DNA of 25,394 nt, from UHGV virus genome UHGV-1498341. One strand, 5' to 3'. Below are positions 24,535-25,394 of this stretch, in pieces. The position numbers and the translations under genes were made by a program. Under the pieces are notes generated by a model. It was not told where the DNA came from. It did not search any database and saw nothing but the letters and a program-made list of their open reading frames with translations. The DNA is from a virus. Numbering within the stretch: the first letter of the stretch is position 1; each line of letters opens with the position of its first letter.

Positions 24535-25182
24535 TTACTCATCATCTCCAAAATCATCTAAATCGTCAAAGTCATCATCTTCGTCAGTTGACTCATCAGA
24601 CTCTTGTAACATAGCCTGAACATCCTCAGGTTTACCAAGTCTCAATCCTGCTGATGTAAAGAGTGAAAGAATATCCTGAATGTCTACCCCTTTATCAGAA
24701 CCATCAAGCTGAAGAATCTTAAGTAACTTTTCAAATGCCCATTTCTTATCCATAAATACAGGGTTTCCAGTCCTACTATCAAAATGGTCTATCATAGACA
24801 AATCATCTTCATCCCATTTTGTAAAGTCTGTAAAATCTTTTTTGATTATTGTATCCTGGACAGTTCTACCATTTTCAAGACAAGTCTGATATACCTGCAT
24901 ATATTTAGCTGGATTGTAATTGATGATTTTATACAAACGCTCAATCATAGTTTCACGTTTATCTTTCTCCTCAATACAAACTCCGTCTCGTATCTCCTGA
25001 ATACGAAATACTACATCTTTACGACACATTAATCTTGAACCCTGCATAGCATGATATGAGTCACAACGAGGATGAGCATCTACCCCGTAACCTGCCTTAA
25101 AACAAGCCTCTGATGGGTCACAACCTTCTCTAGCCATAAACTGGCAAAACTTTTCCATTCGAGCATTTCTTAATTTAGCCAT
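24535..25182 (-). CDS. terS: terminase small subunit (Terminase_2-like), acidic C-terminal tail
   Basis: 215 aa. The N-terminus (LRNARMEKFCQFMAREG...KAGYGVDAHP...AMQGSRLMCRKDVVFRIQEI) matches the HTH pattern of small terminases (ERFCQEY...AGYS...QGSRLL...V..RI.EL). It lies immediately upstream of the large terminase. RBS aaaggag sits 10 nt upstream. Confidence 0.8.
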   Translation of the reverse strand: MAKLRNARMEKFCQFMAREGCDPSEACFKAGYGVDAHPRCDSYHAMQGSRLMCRKDVVFRIQEIRDGVCIEEKDKRETMIERLYKIINYNPAKYMQVYQTCLENGRTVQDTIIKKDFTDFTKWDEDDLSMIDHFDSRTGNPVFMDKKWAFEKLLKILQLDGSDKGVDIQDILSLFTSAGLRLGKPEDVQAMLQESDESTDEDDDFDDLDDFGDDE

Positions 25183-25394
25183 ACTATATTTACTCCTTTC
25201 ATAAGTAACTTCAATATCTACATATAATGTTCGTAGTTTAATATGATATTACTGAAAAGTCATATTGAAATACAATAACAGTATCGGTCAAAAACGAACA
25301 ATATTTAACAAAATAAGACATATTGATACAATTCGATATAACTCAAAGACATTTAGTCTTATTTCAACTCGTATTATACACTAAAACTTGAGAG

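Noticed and set aside
1-25394. A CRISPR array, integrase, transposase or attachment site
   Set aside because: There are no regularly spaced direct repeats. No recombinase-like ORF is present in the window. The AT-rich ends (1-160 and 25183-25394) show no recognisable att core without the flanking host sequence.

Overview
The window is AT-rich (about 30% GC by eye) and looks like the late (structural plus lysis) region of a siphovirus-type phage or prophage of a low-GC Gram-positive host. Every gene is on the minus strand. Read right to left, the order is: small terminase, large terminase, portal, scaffold, major capsid protein, head-tail connectors, major tail protein, a tail-assembly chaperone pair, a 1727-aa tape measure protein, tail-tip and receptor-binding proteins, then a TcdE/phi105-type holin. 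A 2.7-kb accessory island of four unknown genes sits between the holin and the endolysin. The endolysin is an Amidase_2 with three CW_7 repeats. After it come small genes, one of them a sigma-70 region-4-like HTH protein. No tRNA, rRNA, CRISPR array, integrase or transposase is visible. The most unusual thing is not a gene. It is a strand-specific decamer, 5'-tCAGGGGTAGt-3' on the coding (minus) strand, which reads aCTACCCCTGa on the plus strand. The exact 9-mer occurs 25 times and the 7-mer core TACCCCT 39 times, against 1 copy in the opposite orientation. Base composition predicts far less than one copy. The copies sit about every 600 bp across all genes, in both stop-free reading frames, in intergenic spacers and inside RNA hairpins. 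In the third frame, where TAG would be a stop, TAT replaces it. That pattern points to selection at the nucleotide level, for example a Chi-like, nicking, modification or uptake-type signal. I could not match it to any described element. Other points: three perfect-consensus sigma-A promoters (TTGACA/TTGACT-N17-TATAAT) sit inside this late region. There are several intrinsic terminators. The tail-chaperone overlap has a non-canonical geometry. The tape measure protein carries 4 x 132-bp tandem repeats.
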